From NCBI RefSeq assembly GCF_009914755.1, contig NC_060926.1: a DNA stretch of 64,000 nucleotides; one strand, written 5' to 3'. The DNA is from the human T2T-CHM13v2.0 reference genome, Homo sapiens. The notes below the pieces were generated by a model. It searched no databases. It saw nothing but the letters and a program-made list of their open reading frames with translations, and was not told the DNA's origin. Below are positions 1 through 14,260 of this stretch, one piece after another; positions within the stretch are counted from its first letter, which is position 1, and every line of letters begins with the position of its first letter. The position numbers and the translations under genes are program-made.

Positions 1-740
1 CTGGAAAGCCTCCGAGTATGGTCAGTGTGCGACTCGGCCAGCCTGGGCGCCACTCCTCCCTGCCTTGCCACTCAGCTCCTGCGTCTCTGACATCTTTCCC
101 ACCTAGGGACTCCAAGCGTCCCCTGACTCCTCTCTAGCTTGCCAATGTCCCTCCCAGACTGTGGCACCACTTGGGGTCTGATGAAGGCAGGGGACCAGGG
201 GTGCTGAGCTCTGCGGTCTGAGATGCCTGGTTCCCGTGATGCCTGGAAAAGTTCCCCGCTCTGTGGCTTTGGCCGGCCCTGCCATGCTGACCACGGGTGA
301 CGCTCCAGTCGGCCCTGACACATAGTTTGTTGGCCGACATCGTGTTGTGTATTTCTCAATACAAAATAAAAAATGTTAAGTCTCACTTAGCAACTATACC
401 CACGTGCCCACGGCCTCTCAGCCACCCTCAGAGCACTGGCGACCACAGCGAGCTGGGCAGCAGGGATCCTGTCCACCTAGAGCACCTGCCATGCGTGGGC
501 TTGTGCTGGGACACCATCTAGTGACATCTGCTCTGGAAGAGGTCAGGAGAAAGGACCAGGCTCAGGGCTGTCCCCGACGTGCCTGGAACTAGCGTGTTCA
601 TAATGAAAGGAGATGTCTGTGATGAGAGGAAGGCAGGAGAGTAACCTCCAACTGCGTCCTTTTTAGGATGGCTCACAGGCCACTTTCCCTCACCCCAAAT
701 TGGAAGGTGAAGAGTGAAGGGCAAGTGCAAAGTGGGGTCA

Positions 741-1019
<279 letters not shown>

Positions 1020-2139
1020 TTAGCTTGCGACAGGCAGAAGTCCCAACAAAAAGAACATGGCCATGGTTTCAAAAAAGAAAGTATGATGCTGATTTCTGAT
1101 TTTCCAGTTTTGCCACTGACTTCACTTTTTCTAGGACATGTACGTTACCAATTTTATACCTCGTTTGATTTTCAAGACAATTTTAAACACCAAAAAGATA
1201 AATCCTTAAACACTTATTAGTGACCTAACAACAGAAGACCAGAAAATGCAGAAGCTAAGTGACTTTGAAAAGCAAAAGGTCAGCTTTCCTGTGCTCACTA
1301 TAAAAAGCTTAGTTCAAAATAAAGCAACCTACTATTAGTGTTCACTCTGAGCTGAATCCTCTCATTTTCCCTACATAGCAGCAAGCATCCAGGGGAAAAT
1401 ATAGCCAGTGTCTCCTGAGATCTATCCGTGCTACTGGAAAACACACGCTCGGACAGTCTTAGAGGATCTTTAACCATCGGTGCGGCTTGACCCTGGTTAA
1501 TGAGACCAGGTTCCGCTCTGACTGAATGTGACTTCCAAAAGGGGCCACGTCCAATCCAAAGATCCCTTCACCTCTGAAGGGGTCTGCTGCTATTTTGGGC
1601 ACACACATCCACCGTGGGAGGCCGCTGAGGCTCTCGATATTCACACAAGGATTTGTTTGGCTTGTCATATGTTTAGTTTAACGGCATTTTAACAATGGCA
1701 TCATCTGGTTAAAGCTTTCCAAAGAAAACACAATGTGACCCATTTGCCTCGAGAACTCTAGGCGTCTGCTGTTCAGCAACGACTCTGGGTGCTCAGAACC
1801 TCGCCCCAACCTATATGCGCAGCGCATACAGGTCAGAAGGAAGGGACATGGTGGGGGCCCTGGAGGGGAGGTTAAGGGATGTTTTCCCCAAGCAGCCCCT
1901 CAACGGAGCCATCCCCAGCAAAGCCTCCTCCACGGTCTGCTTGCTGCCCGCGTCCTCCTGGAGCCCACGAGGACGCAGGTGCCCACTCATGCTGACTCAC
2001 GTGGTATCCACGCCTGCTGGAGGTGGTGACTCTGCAAATATAGCCCCGAGCCACAGTGAGGAGGATGAGGAGGGTGGGGGAACAGGTAAAGCCACCCACA
2101 GCTCCCCCAACCTGGCAGACCTGATTCCAAACTTTGCCT

Positions 2140-2300
2140 TTATTAGCTCATCCATCTCTCAGTCACTGTTTGAGGAAGGTGCCATTATGACCCCGTTTCC
2201 CAGAAGAGGAGATGGAGGCATGGAGCAGCAACATCACTCGTCCCAGGCCACGTGGCTTGAGGGAACTGTCATGGGCGTCTGCATACCAGAGTTAACCCAG
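2140..2300. mobile_element. MIR fragment
   Basis: attatgaccccgtttcccagaagaggagatggaggc...cccaggccac resembles the MIR core. Boundaries approximate. Confidence 0.45.
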
Positions 2301-3137
2301 CTGGGTGGTGAAGGCGCACCTCCTCTGTTGACCACGCTGCCCACCAGGAACACCCTGGGAACATCTTGCCCTCAACAGCAGGGCAGTCTAAACCTCCCAA
2401 GGGCAAACCAGGGTGTCCACCCAGAAGCCCTACACCAGCCGCTCCCCATGGCTCTTGGAGCTCAAAAGAGTGTGGGGTCAGCTCACTGTCCTGGGCATTG
2501 AGCATGAATACAGGACTGGGTCCCGACCCTACCCCATCCTCTTTCTTTCCCTGGCCCTCTCACCCTCTCACTTCCACCAGACACTAACTCCAGAGGTAGG
2601 CTTCTCCCGCTGCCGAGGCCATGTTATTTGCACTGTGAGTGGGCATTCTGAGAATGCCACCTGGGCTGAGCCAGTGTTTGCATTTCACTCAAGAAAGCAG
2701 GACCCGCCTTCTCCAGGCCCCTCCAACTCTCCCATCTCTGCCCCACCTGCAGCCCACCGTAGCCCACCCTAGACCCCTGCTCTCTGATGTCAAGCTGTCT
2801 CCAGCTACACACCAAGATCCAGCAGATCTTCCCTGTAATGGGTGCCTCCCAGCTGTGTCGTCAGATAAATACCCTCACGCATGTGCCTGGGGAGTCCGGA
2901 CAACTTTTTGGGGCGGTAAAAATTATATGTGTAACTTTCCACCCACTTTTAACTCAACGAGGTTAATTTTATTTTTTTGCATTCTACTTCCAGGAATAGG
3001 TCTAAGAAAATTCATATAAATGCATAATCTTCATAGTATTACTTAGATCAGCAAAACGGGAACACCATTGGAGGTGCTCAAAAGGCGTGTGGCTGAAATT
3101 GAGTGGAGAGGGATGCAGGATGGCGCAGGAAGATGGT

Positions 3138-3252
3138 GAGAACTCAGCTGTGAGGAAGGCGCAGAACATGGGCTGCGGGAAGGCGTGCAGAGTGAGAGAA
3201 CTCAGGTGTGAGGAAGGCACAGAACACGTGCTGCGGGAATGTGCAGAGTGAG
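3138..3252. repeat. Two-copy direct repeat, about 58-bp period
   Basis: gagaactcag...tgtgaggaaggc-cagaaca...ctgcgggaa recurs at 3138 and 3196. Confidence 0.75.
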
Positions 3253-3599
3253 CAGGATTCACTCTGGACAGAGTGCGTATGGGAATGCATTTTCTTCTTT
3301 GTGCTCTACAGTAGACACCCAATTAATTAGTGACTGAGAAAAAGCAGAGTATCCACCTGGCTCTCTTTCTGCCAAGAACCGCGACTGCCTCCACCGCTCC
3401 ATATGGGACCACCCTGCCTAATACCTGTCTTCTGGAAATCGGCTCCACTCCTCCGTGTGGGACCACCCCGCCTAGAACTCCTAATACCTGTCTTCTGAAA
3501 ATCAGCTCCACTCAGAGCAGCCTCCCCATCGTGGCAGCTCCCTGGTACCAGTGCCGGCCAGGAGATGCACAACCCTCTGCCTCTCTGCCCCAGCCCCAC

Positions 3600-4315
3600 T
3601 CACCCGCCAAGTCCCAGTGCAAATGCCACCTTCTGCAGAGCTCTGCTGGCTTAGAGTGGCTTGTGCTGATCTCCCAACTCCTAGGTGCCTCGGCACGGGC
3701 TCCCTTTATGCCACAGCTCAGCACTGATCACGCCCTGCCACGCATGGCTCCTGGGTGAGCTCAGCACTGATCACGCCCTGCCACGCATGGCTCCTGGGTG
3801 AGCTCGGCACTGATCATGCCCTGTCACACATGACTCCTGGGTGAGCTTAGCACTGATCAAGCCCTGTCACACATGGCTCCTGGGTGAGCTCAGCATTGAT
3901 CACGCCCTGTCACACATGACTCCTGGGTGAGCTCAGCACTGATCATGCCCTGTCACACATGACTCCTGGGTGAGCTCAGCACTGATCACGCCCTGCCGCA
4001 TGGCTCCTGGGTGAGCTCAGCAATGATCGTGCCCTGTCACACATGACTCCTGGGTGAGCTCAGCACTGATCACGCCCTGTGACGCATGGCTCCTGGGTGA
4101 GCTCAGCACTGATCAGGCCCTGTCACACATGACTCCTGGGTGAGCTCAGCACTGATCACGCCCTGTCACGCATGGCTCCTGGATGGTCTCACGTGTGATG
4201 TGCTGCTTGCTCAAATTACATCACAAGCTCCTTCCAGGGAAGGACTCTGTCTCACTATTTTTGCGCCCAGCCCAGTGCTGACTCAAAAACAGCACTCAGT
4301 AGTCACTGGGTGACA
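3600..4315 (+). mobile_element. L2 3' end fragment, interrupted by the 43-bp VNTR
   Basis: caaatgccaccttc on the left and aagctccttccagggaaggactctgtct...cccagcccagtgc...cactcagta on the right resemble the L2 3' consensus. Confidence 0.55.
3715..4182. repeat. 43-bp minisatellite (VNTR), about 11 copies
   Basis: Unit agctcagcactgatcacgccctgccacgcatggctcctgggtg; starts at 3715, 3758 and onward; one unit is 2 bp shorter. Confidence 0.97.
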
Positions 4316-5647
4316 ACAGGAACACCAGCTTTAACACTCAGAAGAAGCTTGCTGAAGACTCCGTCTCACCCACTGCACACTTTAAAAAAAAAAACAACAA
4401 AAAAACGCAAAGGTTCACGTGTCCATTAGAGCTGGCCAAGCAAGGCACTGCTCATAGGAAAAAAGGCTGCATTGGAGTTTGAAAGCTTTTAACTCACATG
4501 ATTCCTCGTTTCAACTGAATCTTCCCCAGTCAGCTAGACTTAGTGAAACTTTAGATCATAACATTTCTTGATGGCTGTAGAAAAGGTCTGTGTGTACTAT
4601 AATGGCCAGAGGAAAGAAACCTACATCAGAAATGACACATATGGAGTTCCCCTGGGCATGAAGATGTCAGATACTTTTTAATAGAAATCCACAAATATTC
4701 AGACCCAGACCCTTACACCGTGGTTAGGAACTCCTCAAGTAGAGAGGGGACAGGGCACGAGAAACAGGCAGGGCCCTGTATTTAGCGGGTAGGTCTGGCT
4801 CTCACCTCACTGCTGAAGCAGAGTCCCTGTGTGATGCCAATGCTCGCACACACGGGGCATGGCACCAGGAGCCCCTCCCCGGCTTCCCTAGGTCAACAGC
4901 CTGCTCAGTGGAACTGTGCCTTTCACAGACCACCTACCATGAGCCTTGGCCTTCAAGTCGAACACTTTCTGTTGTGCAAACATGTCCGCTGCCTCCCCTC
5001 TATCCAGGCCATGCCCAAGCAGCTCCTTTATCCTGGTGCTGTGATTTCACGAGTGGTGGGGTGAGGGGTGTACCCTGGTGGTGGTTGGGAATGGGTGGTC
5101 CTCTGGATGGGGATGTACCCTCAAGAGGGGCGGGTGAGCCTTCAGGATGGGGGTCTGCTCAGTCTTGTCCTTCTGCGTGTCCACCACTAGATGGGGCCAA
5201 CCGTGACACGTCACTAGGGCCAAGCTGAAGCAACTTCACTCCTTGCTTCCCTCCCTGCTCAGTTGATGGGTGCTCTGGCGTGGGAAGACGTTAAAATGCC
5301 CCGGTGGTTCAGACACTGCTCAGGGGCAGCGGAACAGGGCAGAGCACGCGATTCACCACTACTAGGGTGGGACTGGTTAAGACCCACCTTCAGAGGAGCC
5401 TCAACTCAAGCTCCTGACTGCATCTCCCGCAGTGCCAAGCTGGGGCACCCTTGTGCACCTGAGCCCACCTAGAACCAGCTCTGAGTCACTAATGCCAGGA
5501 GCAGGGCCCGGCTTAGACATGCCGGAGTCATCAAACCTGGTCCCCTGGGCCTGGCACTTCCAGCGCCATGGGAACAGGACCACACTGGGGGTTGACAGCG
5601 TGAGGCAGACACGTGGGTTTTCAGAAGCTCCTGAGAGAAATCGCCTA

Positions 5648-5884
<237 letters not shown>

Positions 5885-8800
5885 TCAAGGTTATCCTGTT
5901 GGTGGTTTTTTAAAAATACGCACTCTGGTGAGTAAATATTTGCTCAACACTGCCGTGTTGCTGCAGGGGAGAGCGCAGGGAGCTCACGAAGCAGGGGATT
6001 CTAAATCCCATTCATCAGTCCCAAATAATGAATAAAACGAATCTGGTGCTTTGGATAAATTTCTGTGGCCACAGCATTATGCAAGCGCTGGCACTGTCTT
6101 CACAGAATCAGGCCACCACTGTTTACCAGGAGATGGAAACAGGACTGACAAGCTGATTTACTGGGCGTGGCAGGAGGCTGCTGAGGTGTGAAGTCACTTA
6201 ATGGCGATGTCTCGTAACTAATGCTCTTCTAGATAATACACCCCTATCTTCATAGCTGTGTTGCTCTAAAATCAGAGAAAGACTGACAGGGATGTGAGGC
6301 TGGGCCCAGGGATGTGAGGATGGTGTCCACGTTGCACACTTTCTTGCTCGCCCATGCATCGCCCCAGCTGTGTCAGTCAGTGAGGCCTCCAGAGCGTGAG
6401 GCTGCTATCCCCACCCCGACCTGGGGAGGCTCAGCGGAGCCCATCCCAACATCTGCGCCGGCTTCACCTTTCATCTGACCACAGGGTGAAGGTACTGGGC
6501 GTGGGTCGGTTTCTGTGAACAGCTCTGCCTGTGTGGACAGAGCCATTTGCGAATCTACACCTTTCAGCCCACCGTGGTCCCCAACTCATCTGCATCTGGA
6601 ACCCAAACCTCCGGCGCGACGCCCGCCTTGGGAAGCACTAGGGATCTAAAGGCAGCAATCGGAGTCAAAGAAATCCCCAAACCCACCCGGGAGAGGTTAT
6701 CGGCTTTCAGAGTCCAGAACAGAGCCAAGAATACCGCCACGGAGACGTGTGTCACACAAGCCTTTGAGTTCTGAGGTTTTACTTGGCTACTTTCAAGATT
6801 CTACCACTTGGAGATTTGCACATTAGGGAGATTTTACCTCTTCTTAAAGAATCAGCACTCCTGCTGTTCTTAATCTTTCTGGAACAGGCAGTGCACCGCC
6901 TCCAGAGCAACAAGGAATGAGACGGAGTTTCTCCTGGAAGCAGGACTGATGTGGCTGGGCGATGGGGACCAACATGACTTCACTCTTTGGGACGTGCAGA
7001 CAGCCCAGGACCTTCTCCACTTTGGAAAAGGCTTCGAGTCAGGGACAGTTTTTCTGCAGGTCTTGGAAGGATGTGGGAGAAGCAAGCTCCCTAAAACAGC
7101 CTTCCCAGAGAAACCAGAGAGGCGCTGTGAGAAGGTACCAGACTCTAAGCCTCTGCAGGGAGCGAGGCCTCTGTGCTGTGGCACGGGGGACCTGGATGAC
7201 GACAGATGACGGATTCAGCCACAAGCCGGCCTCTCCACGGGCTACTGACCAGGGCACACTTCTGTGCCTAACACAACCGACCGAGGCAAGCGTAGATTCA
7301 CAAGCTCCACTTCTATTTCCACGCTGGGTTTCTTGCCATTATTCAAAAGACAAAACAAAACCAAAAAAAACAAGCCAAAAAACCCAACTGATGACTAGGC
7401 AAGAAAACAGTACCTCTTCTCTCACCACCAGATCTCCACTGAAACCCACATGGGCTCTGCAGGGATTCCCCGGGCCTGGGACAGGAGCCACTTCTGAGAG
7501 GCAGGGGCTGTGTGTGCCCACAGAAGAGCACAGGGTCCCTGGCCCTGTGTGAAAGGTCTTCCTCAGTGGCTGCCCTGCCACATAGAGTGGGACACGTGGC
7601 ATCGGGAGGCGGGCATGACATGGTCACTCCAGGCTACCATGGACTGGCTGTGGTACTGCAGCCCAGTGCACCGCCTCCCCCAGGCCCTGTGGGGGTCATC
7701 ACGCTGCCACCAGGTCATCAGTCAGGCGGCAGATCCTCCACAGCCCTGCCGGGCACTCCAGACTCTTTGTGCAAGAGACTCTTGAGGAGAGTCCCATGGT
7801 GGCTGCTTCACCCCACCCCTTCCCTCCACTCCCCTCCCCTTCCCTCCTCTCCCCTTCCACAGGCCTCTGCTCCACGCCCCTCCCAAGGCTGCCCTGACCC
7901 CCCACAGCCCCACTGCCCCCATCACAGCCCCACTGCCCTGTCTTCCTCACAGCAGCCTTCTCACCATCTGGAATTCTTCTGTCCCCTCACCTGTTTACCC
8001 CCTGCCTCCCAGCCTGCACACCTGCCTGGGCTCCCTGATTCTAGCCGACTGCACGTCCCTGGTCGACTCTGCCTGCAGGGTGGCTGCAGCTGACCAGGAG
8101 GCTCCAGGACACCATGCCAGCACTGCCAGGGACAGCATGGCATGAGGCTGGGGCCCTCCGCCCGTCCCTGCCCCGTGGGCTATTCAGCACTCTGACTCCC
8201 CCGCAGAACCTATCAGACAAGCAGGGTTTTGGATGCGGGGCTCGGGGAGGGGATTGAGCAGCAGCACGTGGACCAGGAGAGAAGGGGGATGCTGGAGACC
8301 ACCCGGGGCACATGAAGTGGCCTTCCTGGGGAGAACAGAGAAGCCCTAGGGGGCAGAAGGCAGCCGGGGGAGCCGCATACCACGAGGACCGGCTCACTGC
8401 CTGCTTTCAGGGTGGCCAGCCTTCCTGCTTCCTGCCCTCCCTCATTACTTCCAGGCCGGGCATCTCATAGATTGACTTAAGACATAGGGACCTACAATAT
8501 CAGCCCTTCAAATGCATGTGTCTTAAAGCTTGCACAATGCCTGTAACTCCAATAATTCTGCCAAAGGCAGCCAAAGTGGAAGATGCAGGTAAGCCGGCAC
8601 CTGGTGACTGTGAGGGTCGAGGCTGCACGTGTACTGGCTCAGTGCAGCAGCCCCTTCACCGCCCTCGCGGGCCTTCCACTCATTCCAGGCACGATGTGGC
8701 CAGGTGGAGGAACTGCAGAAACTGGATCCCACCCCTAAGAGGGCTGCAGGTACATTGACAGAACCAAAGCATCAGGCCGGAGGCCTCATGGAAGAGTTGC

Positions 8801-9319
8801 TCCCACCAAGCGTGGGTGAGGGCAGGAAGGATGCCAACTGTACTTCCAAATGCAGTGTCTGCTCCTTAGGGAACAGGGAGCAGGTGGGATTGTTTCTCCT
8901 GAAGCCAATCAAGTAAATGACTAATTAAGGAGATACAACATTCCAATCACAACCTTAAAATTCAACGCAGTGCCCAATGCCTAGCAGGTGCCTTCATCCT
9001 TCTGCCAGAAGCAATTCTGATGGAGACACAGGCTGGCTCCTCCAACTTAAACATCCTGAGAGTCAGCTGCAGGTGAAGCGGCTCTCAGAGCCGGAACGCT
9101 TTAACTCTTAGGGGCCGGGTTTACAGAGGGGACAGGCGTGCACCTGGCACCAGTGTGGAGGGCGGTTTCTTTGTGGGCCTGATGCAATGTCCAGCAGCCA
9201 GCTAGGAAAGAACCCATTGATGTAGCAGCAGAGAATGCACGCAATATCGCCGTGGGACAGGGCGGGCAGGCAGAACTGCAGAGAGAAGGAGGCACCTGCT
9301 TCCAGCTGCTCTGCCCTGA

Positions 9320-10700
<1,381 letters not shown>

Positions 10701-11310
10701 GGAACCGCCTCACGTGCCCTGCGTGGCTCCAGATGCTGGGCACAGGGTGGCTCTGAAGACAGAGCCTGCTCAGGGCAGCCCCGCTGCCCAGCTCCGGGGC
10801 ACCAGCCACCCTCGACTTTGAAGCACGTTGCTCACGTGCTCCTGGGGAGGGGGCAAGCACACAGCCATGCCCGCCCTTGACTGACGGTGACGGCACTGCT
10901 CACTCAAACACCAACAGGCTCGCCATCTTCACCACTGGCCACATTGCCTAGAATGAACTGCAACACCATCCCGCCTGCTCGTGGAGGGGGTGGGGAAAAT
11001 GGACTCTCAGGCTGCTGGGGAGGGGGTATCATTTGCTCAATGTTTTGGAATATACATACTCTGAACCAGCAGCTCCATTTTCAGGAACCTTTCCTACAGA
11101 AATACTAACACAGTGAGGAAAGGTGCTCAAAGTTGCTGGCAAAATGGTAACCAGAAAACAGTCCAACTTATATCTATGTCTTAGACTACTTGAGAGAAAG
11201 GCGTTGAGCTTCATACGTAAAAATGGAATAATGGCCACCATATAATATTAATTAAAAATAAAGGTAGAGGAGAAAACGCAAAATGGGTATTTTTGTTAAC
11301 AAGACAACTC

Positions 11311-11651
11311 AGATACATACAGAAACACAGGTACACACACAGACACACAGATACACACACAGAAACACAGATACACAGACATACAGATACACACACAGAA
11401 ACATAGATACACACACAGGTACATACACAGATATACACACAGATACACAGAAACACAGATACAGAAACAGATACACAGAAACAGACACACACACAGAAAC
11501 ACAGATACACAAACACAGAAACGCACACAGATATACAGAAACACAGATACACACCCCACACACAGAAACACAGACACACACACAGATACATAGAAACACA
11601 GATACACACACAGGTACACACACAGATATACACACAGGTACATAAACACAG
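11311..11651. repeat. Degenerate CA-rich simple repeat (acacagatac/acacagaaac), UG-rich on the pre-mRNA
   Basis: Direct inspection. Confidence 0.93.
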
Positions 11652-12161
11652 ATACAGCAGCAGGAAGTCTCACCACGCTGCACCTCCTCAAGTATATACC
11701 ACACCTTTACATACAGCAGCAGGAAGTCTCACCACGCTGCACCTCCTGAAGTATGTACCACACCTTCACATACAGCAGCAGGAAGTCTCACCGCGCTGCA
11801 CCTCCTGAAGTATGTACCACACCTTCACATACAGCAGCAGGAAGTCTCACCACACTGCACCTCCTGAAGTATGTACCACACCTTCACATACAGCAGCAGG
11901 AAGTCTCACCACGCTGCACCTCCTGAAGTATGTACCACACCTTCACATACAGCAGCAGGAAGTCTCACTACGCTGCACCTCCTGAAGTATATACCGCACC
12001 TCCTGAAGTATATACCACACCTTCACATACAGCAGCAGGAAGTCTCACCATGCTGCACCTCCGTATGTACCACACCTTCACATACAGCAGCAGGAAGTCT
12101 CACCACACTGCACCTCCTGAAGTATGTACTACATTACACCTTTACATACAGCAGCAGGAAG
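11652..12161. repeat. 59-bp minisatellite, about 8.5 copies
   Basis: Unit catacagcagcaggaagtctcaccacgctgcacctcctgaagtatgtaccacaccttca; one internal 21-bp duplication and one short unit. Confidence 0.97.
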
Positions 12162-14148
12162 TGTGGGCACTGCCCATTTCTTCCTGGTCCCACCCCTCTC
12201 CAGCAGTTTCTGCAAACTGCATTAGAACAAGGGACAGCAAGCAATGGTCAGAGGCAAACAGAGAGCCCCTTCCCAAACTCAGGGATGAATGTGAGGGTGG
12301 AAAACACACTCTGTCCTATTTCACAGTACCCTGAGCCTACTCTACACACAGATAAGAACAAACACTTGTAACTTTATTCAGGTCACTAGTACACAGGGCG
12401 AAAGCCATGAGCCTATTGATGAGCTGTGGGACTTGACTAATGAAAGAACCATGAAGCCATGAAGTGGATGCCCACCGCCCCACCTTGCAGACCTGCGGAC
12501 ACAACGGGAGGTCATCTAGTCTGCCCAGGATATGGTGTCGTGGGCGCCAGCCTGGCCACAGGCCCTGTGCTCTTCCTCACCAAGCGGGACAGCTTCCCCC
12601 CAAAATGGAGGAAAACCCACCCTATCTGCACATCTAAGCAATGGATGGATGTTTCCCATGGGCAGCCGTGACCTTGAGTGACTGGTTTCAGAAGGCCCCA
12701 GGTGAGGAGGGCAGAGCTAGATGAACACTTTTCAAGCCTGACCATGGAGGCAAGTGCAGAGGGAGCCCAGGACCTTTGACTGACTGCCCAGATCCATGAT
12801 CCATACAGGGGCCAACAGAATTCGGTCCCTAGGACCAGCCCAGCCTCCTCCCAATTCACACCCAACTGTGGGGACCAAGCCCTACCAGGCAGGCTAGAGA
12901 ATGCCGGAACAAGGCTGAAGTTACCAACTTCTCACCAAACGTGAGCTCTGGGATTTTGCTTCCTTAAAAGAGCCAGGACAATCCATGGCAGTGCCACAGC
13001 CCAGGCCAGCAGCCGGGCCCCAACACATGCTGGGGAGAGTGTTTGCTGCTAGGACCATGTGCCCAGGGACACATGAGGATGCTGGACAAGGAGTGCTGTG
13101 GAGTGCACGGTTTTCAGTGCTCAGGCCCAAGAAGCTGCTGACAAATGGGAACGAACTGTGCTGGCTGGACAACAGTTAGTTAGTTGTTTTGGCCTCCTTT
13201 CATCTATCAGCAGTCACATGAGGGGAAAATTTAAGAGTCATTATAAAAAATACACGGTGACTAATATCTTTAAGAAGATCACGATGAAGATGTTACTGGG
13301 GAAAACTAAGATCCCTCAACATCATCAAAATGACAAAACGTTGCTTGCTTTTAAAAGTGGAAAAGCCTCCATTCCTCAGCGTGAACATGGACTCAAAGGC
13401 TCTGTTTAAATGCAGTTTCTGGTGAAGCCATCTGACACCCACACAGTGCAGGAAAGATCCAGCGTCCTATGTCCATGACAGTGATCCACACAGTTCTGTC
13501 TCTTCTGACTATATTTAAAAATACACATTTGGCGGCTTCACAAGTCTGCAGAAACCCAAAGTCAGGGTGACACTTGAGGCTGCACAGACATGGGAAGGGA
13601 CCAGGCACCTCACCCTGGGCCGAAATCTGGCGGGAGGTGAAGACCTCTGAAGTGGAGACACCCCTGCTGCCAATCTCCCAGGAAAGGGGCGGGGCCTCTG
13701 GCAGGAAGAGCTGGACCTGAGGCCCTGGGTAGAGGTCTCTGACTCTCAAGCCCAGCGGTGGAGGCTCCTCCTGGGAGATGGCACTCAGGTGAAGGCAAGC
13801 CAGGAGCGAGGAGATGAGCCCTGAAAAGCCAACAGAGCAAGATGGGCCCTTCTGGCCAGATTTTGGGTATAAATCTTGGTGTTCCCATCCTTGTGGTCCT
13901 TCTCTAAGTGGAGGTGAGTGGCTCCTGCTGGTTTCTACCTGAACTGTAGGCATGGAGGCAAGGAGGTGGGGGGATGCTGGGTCTGGCAGTTACCAGTCAT
14001 TGGATGGAGAAAAAAATCAAAAACACCCTAACAGCGTAGAGAAACAAGAGCAGAAAACACCTCGATCTGGTCCTACTCGAAGGACTTTGCAAATATTAAT
14101 TAATTCACATCTCATGATAGCTCCAGGAGAGAAGCAATTTAAAGGTAC

Positions 14149-14260
14149 ATTTCACAGATGACGAAACTGAGGCACAGAGAGGTTCAAGAGCTTCCCCAGG
14201 TCCCAAGGTGGCGGGTGAAGGAGCTGGGCAGAAACTCAGGCACCTGGTCCTGCCCACAGG
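14149..14260. mobile_element. MIR fragment
   Basis: catttcacagatgacgaaactgaggcacagagaggttcaagagcttccccaggtccca matches the MIR core. Confidence 0.8.

Noticed and set aside
3715-4182. CRISPR-like array with palindromic repeats
   Set aside because: Units are contiguous with no unique spacers, there are no cas genes, and the context is eukaryotic. The same applies to the 59-, 45-, 41- and 35-bp arrays.
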